In this document: positions 59,462 through 64,000 of the stretch, one piece after another
Layout: every line of letters starts with the position of its first letter
Numbering within the stretch: the first letter of the stretch is position 1
Assembly (NCBI GenBank): GCA_013115125.1
Contig: JABANN010000127.1
Coordinates: 1 to 64,000, forward strand
DNA: 64,000 nt
From: Perkinsus olseni
Taxonomy: Eukaryota
Reading direction: 5' to 3'
Notes under the pieces: generated by a model
Database searches by the model: none
The model's input: the letters and a program-made list of their open reading frames with translations, nothing else
What the model was told of the DNA's origin: nothing
Program-made: the position numbers and the translations under genes

Positions 59462-60700
59462 CTAGAAAGTATAGACACCCATTATCAAAGCGCTGACCAA
59501 GACTCCTGCGGGAAGATGCTGGACGGCCTCGTTCTTGGTCCGGCCCTCCTCGACCTCGCTGCGCATCTCCTTGATAAGCCCGCACATCTTCTCGCAAGTC
59601 CTGCTGTATGCTTCCTTATGCGGTGTCGATGTGATGTAGTTACCATATAAACCGCACTGAGTAGAACAGGGTATGCTGGCGCAAAACAAACGCGAGAGAA
59701 CCGTGGAATCTCGCCGAGGCTTCTCACCGATCCTTACATCGCTCTCGCAAGTTTCGTCAGAAATAAGATCCTTGTTGTAGCAGATGCAGGTATTGAGCGA
59801 TGCGTCGGTGTCGTTACCCATCCACATCGCTTCTGGTAGGCGGTTACCAGATGCGTCCCGGGCCTCGTCCGACAAACACTAAAAAACAACGAAACTGCAG
59901 ACCGCACGAGCGACCTCACGTTCTCACCGAGTCACGGCAGTCCTGCTCGCGTTTCCCGAAGAAGTCATTGACGTTAAACCTAAGTAAAGTAGCGCGTCTC
60001 ATACACGTCACAAAGTAAAGGTCTGAGGTCCTCGCAGATATTCAGCGGGAGCCGCTACTGGAAGGGCGCGCGGAGACAGATGCTCCCAATAGCTTACGCT
60101 CCCGCGGGCTCGGCTCCTTGGTCAACAGTATCTGCAAGGACCCAAGTCCCGATAAACTACTCAGTTCTCGACATTCCCCAGCGTGGCGACAGTCCAGCCT
60201 TCCGCAGCAGCGTCGGCAAACACATGCTATCCTACTCATCCGAGTTCAAGCAAACCGTCATTATAGAAGCGAGGTACATCAATCGCAATCCCCACCAGGC
60301 TCCGTCGTTTCCGTCTGCACGGTGCTCTCGTCCAAAGTTTCGGTCTCATCCCTCGGGCTGTGCGGAGTCACCTCGACACCCGACTTCCTCTCCGGCACAC
60401 CTGAAACCGTCACTTCAACGGGCTGCCCTCGACAGCTCTCCCCCACCCACCCACCCTCAGTGGGCATAACGGCAATTTCCCTGTAATCTTTATCTGGAAA
60501 GGATAAGAATCCAGACTACTGAGCTCTGTGCACCGCGACAAATGGGCATCTCGTACCCCGTGGAGTTGGTCCAGCCTTGGACGGTTGAGTAACCGGTGGC
60601 GGAGGGGGGCGGGTGAGAGGACTGTTCACTCTTCGGTGCTCGAATGCTGAAGGGGAAGCAGGGCAATAATCGGGACTGACTCGCAGCTAGGACCAAGCCA
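59462..60700 (-). CDS. Cys-rich protein with hydrophobic C-terminus (paralog B)
   Basis: FNVNDFFGKREQDCRDS...LPEAMWMGNDTDASLNTCIC...CGLYGNYITSTPHKEAYSRTCEKMCGLIKEM...AGVLVSALIMGVYTF*; start uncertain. Confidence 0.6.
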
Positions 60701-61403
60701 CTTCAGATAGAGTCTGGCAGATTCCATCGAGTCTCAAGGCAACAGACGCTGCAAAGCATTTTTTCTGTCGCAGACCTTTCCGAATCATCGGACGTTCTTT
60801 CGATCCACTATCGAACGTAGTGGGCCCCTCTCACAATCGAAAGCCTTGTCTTTCTGCCATTCCTCGAAGTGTCTCCAGGCTGAACCAATAATGATTACCA
60901 CGCCAAGGCCGAAGAGATGTTCACCGTACGTTCGCTCGCGTCCCGGCCGGGTATAGTGCGAACGGCGAAGCGTGCAGGTAGAGAATGGAGGCTGAAGTCG
61001 GCTGATCTGAGAAGGAGGGGACCCCTGGCAGCCCCTTCGTGACCTCCGCCACCTACAGGACTTGCAGAAGGCTCGCTGCGTTACACAACATTGGAAGGCG
61101 GAGCGAAGCTGCAATGGACGAAGATTAAGCCGACGGTCAAGGAATGCTCCTGCCGGCCTCCGGCGGGCAGTTTGGGTTACTCAACGGATGGACGTGGTAC
61201 GTAAAACTCCACCCCCTGTAGCAATTCACCAACACAAGAGCACTGATGTAGTACAGGAGAAAACAAGGAGCGCAGGATAACAAGTACTAGTATGTTACTC
61301 TAAGCCATATGAGTATGAGTGTCAAGAGCACAGGGAGGAGGAAGGCAAATGGACAATGGCTGTGGTAGTAGAGGCCGGCGGAATGGGTCCGCAGCTAGAG
61401 GTG

Positions 61404-63215
61404 TCAGAGAAACAGAGAATCGTCTTTGACATCTATTGACTCAAGAATGAGCCAAAGATTCTTCTCTAGCACTGAGCTGGTCTCGAAGCCTCCAGCCGAC
61501 TGAGAACCGTGGGTCAATGTGACAACCATATCGGTCGAGTACTCTGAGAACAACAACGAAATCGCACAACAACAATTGCACCGCTCCGCTGATTCGCCCA
61601 AGTTCCTCATCGAACTGCTCATCCAAAAGAAGATCCGTCCGAAATTTCCACACGATATAAGACTGCCAAGGACCCTCTTACGGGGCATGCGTTTTATTCC
61701 CATGGCCAAAGGCGTCCACTTGAGGCCCTCCTTATCGTGTATGTGACGCCCGTTTACCATGACCTGCGACCAACAGCTTTCTGATAGGCAGCGAGTTTTC
61801 GGAGGGAACAGAAGCTTACCAGGGAGTCGCCATTCGCTCCTTTTCGACAACTGATCTCGTCGATGTCATACGATACGCTATCGGTGGCTTCCGCTAGGTC
61901 GCTGAAGAAGTGCCTGCACGAGGAGGAGGTCCCGGGTTCGATTCCCAGGTACGGCGCCTGAGCCTGCCTTGCAACTTCATCAGGATCCTTGAGCTCCTTC
62001 TTGAAGTCGAGCAACTCAATCACAAGACTGGCGCCAGAATCGTCTACAACATTAGTAAACACCTGATCGGACCACGACAGACTCCCCGACACTCCCCAGC
62101 GTGGGTTCTAGGAAGACCAGGCACGATTTGCGCAGCAACTTCAGAGCGACTACAGAAAGTGCGCGCCTTCTGCAAAAGCTTGGGACGACGGTCAGGTTCC
62201 ACGAAAAGTGTGGGCTATATAGCAAAAAGTAGCCCAATCTACCAATCAGTCAGCGATCGCAGCCCCGCGCTGCTTCAACGAGGTCTCACACCGCACGCCG
62301 CCGAGCTGTGAACGACTGGGATCGAGACCAAGGATACCAGCCCATAGCACACCTCCTGATAGTCCGGAATTGTCCGCAGAGTACTAGAGTCGGCAAAGCC
62401 CTTCGGTATGAGACACTCAATCGCGCCGCCGTACCTGAGGACCTCTACTTCCAAGTTACTCAAGAATTGATCCAAAACATCCTTATCATTCCACCTCACG
62501 GGCTCTGATGCAGACAACAGGCCGATCGTGAGCAGACCGGAAGTAGCGCCCCCCTTGCACACTAGCCGCGAACGAATGGAAGTCATAATTTGGTCTTCGC
62601 GATACCACGAAGTGGCTCGCTACTGCCTACCCGTCCCACGAACAACCTCCATCCGTTCGAGAAACTATTTCTGAAACTCACAATCGGTTCTATTATTTAA
62701 GCGTACAATGCGGTTCGAGAATCGATTCTGATTTCAGATTTGGTTTCCTGAACACCCCCGTCGCTTCCATTGTTGGTGCTTTCGACGGTCAGTGTAGCAT
62801 TTTCGACCCGCAAGACGCCTCGTGTCCCCATCCTACAGTCCTTTGTCTTCCAGATCCCCCGGCTCCCATTCGGACGGGTAACTACTTTCTCGGCGACATT
62901 CTCGATTTGACATTGATTGATATACAACTATTTCTGAGTGGACAAAACTGCACATCATGGACCGCTTCGCTCCGCCTCCCGCCAACTCTTCATCCCCACA
63001 GCCGCAGTGAAACGATGGTAAATGATGAGTCTAGTCTACCACGCCAACCACTGCTGGTGCTACTCGAGGAACGTAGATGATGACCACCACTGGTGGCAGC
63101 AATCGCGGAATGCTATACAATATGCTCAATGACGTAGTACTACTAGTATCAGCTTTTTTACGTGATTTTGCTTGCCTTCAAGCGATACAACCTGAAGGCA
63201 GCGCGAGCCCTTCAT
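61404..63215 (-). CDS. Hypothetical multi-exon protein (possibly C2-like beta domains)
   Basis: Successive minus-strand ORF segments (61404-61850, 61754-62092, 62275-62586, 62697-62927). Confidence 0.35.
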
Positions 63216-63219
63216 GACC

Positions 63220-64000
63220 CTAGTCGGAGTCGGAGCCCTCATCGTCTCCGTCATCATCGCTATCCGAAGCCATAGCGTCGAGATCCTCATCCTCGTCGGT
63301 GTCCATGGCTACGTCATTGTCATAAGCAGCATCGTCTCCACCGCCGGGGGACTCGACATACCTACTCGGGAGAAATCACAGTTGACGGCGATCGAAGCGA
63401 GGTCCGTACTTCGCCAGAGGCTCTGGGGGAGTCTGTTTGGCTGCGCGCTGTTGAGTAGTGCATACGTCAATCACAGCTTGCACTCTCCCATGCAGCTTCG
63501 ATAGGGCAGAAAAGTAGGCCGTACGCTGGTGGAAGGACGCCAAGAGGGGCGCTGACGGGAGAAACGCAATGAACGATCGTCCCTAGCACAACGGGGAGCC
63601 GTCCTAGTACCGATGACGGCTCTGGTGTCCTCAGGGTGGCCAGAAAGGTAGCCTGCGTGGACCAACAGCAGATTGCGTGTCCACTCCGAAAGGACCACCG
63701 CCCGGGCAGGAGACTTGTCCAGAGCCATGCAAATATGCGACAGGATCTGTGCAGCTTCAGGACCTGTGACAGCCATAATAGGAAAAGAGCAGCACGGTGG
63801 CCATGCTTGAGAGAATGGAAATGCCGTAAGATATCCCCCACCTAACTACCAGTGATATCCCTAGCAGTAGCGGCCATGACGGCGTTATTGGTGGTATGGA
63901 GGACCCGATCAAGAGCCATGGTATCCCCACCAGCCAGGCCCTGTCGAGCGAGGGCCGCCATAGACGCGGAGCCGCTGGACCTGTCAGAGGAGGAGTCCAC
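63220..64000 (-). CDS. 3' part of a hypothetical protein with acidic tail (continues off window)
   Basis: Ends ...DTDEDEDLDAMASDSDDDGDDEGSDSD*. Confidence 0.5.

Noticed and set aside
61915..61958. tRNA-like 3' half GGAGGTCCCGGGTTCGATTCCCAGG
   Set aside because: No D arm or acceptor stem found; lies antisense within a probable coding exon.
1..64000. CRISPR arrays, rRNA, intact transposase/RT genes, prokaryotic operons
   Set aside because: None seen; the sequence is intron-rich eukaryotic DNA.

Overview
Gene-dense eukaryotic genomic DNA with many short (~45-80 nt) GT-AG introns, very short intergenic spacers and a few intronless genes. Gene content and architecture suggest an alveolate protist of the Perkinsus type (inference). 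Recognisable genes: tandem malate dehydrogenases, a triple AP2-like protein, a METTL21-family methyltransferase, Fused/STK36 kinase, MFAP1, a phospholipase B-like protein, Tctex-1, ETF-alpha, a PDCD2-like protein, GCNA/SprT and tRNA-Arg(ACG). The more unusual items are: an ~8.3-kb single-pass adhesin-like gene (lectin-like + PAN + Fn3-like + LCWC repeats); two secretory JmjC+EF-hand proteins with opposite domain order; an F-box/Kelch gene facing an inverted pseudogene that shares a near-identical tract; a mitochondrial thioredoxin-fold protein lacking CxxC; two Cys-rich paralogs with hydrophobic tails; a tRNA nested antisense in an intron; and several strong palindromes or structured introns. 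Boundaries of multi-exon genes were assembled by eye and are approximate. No database searches were run.
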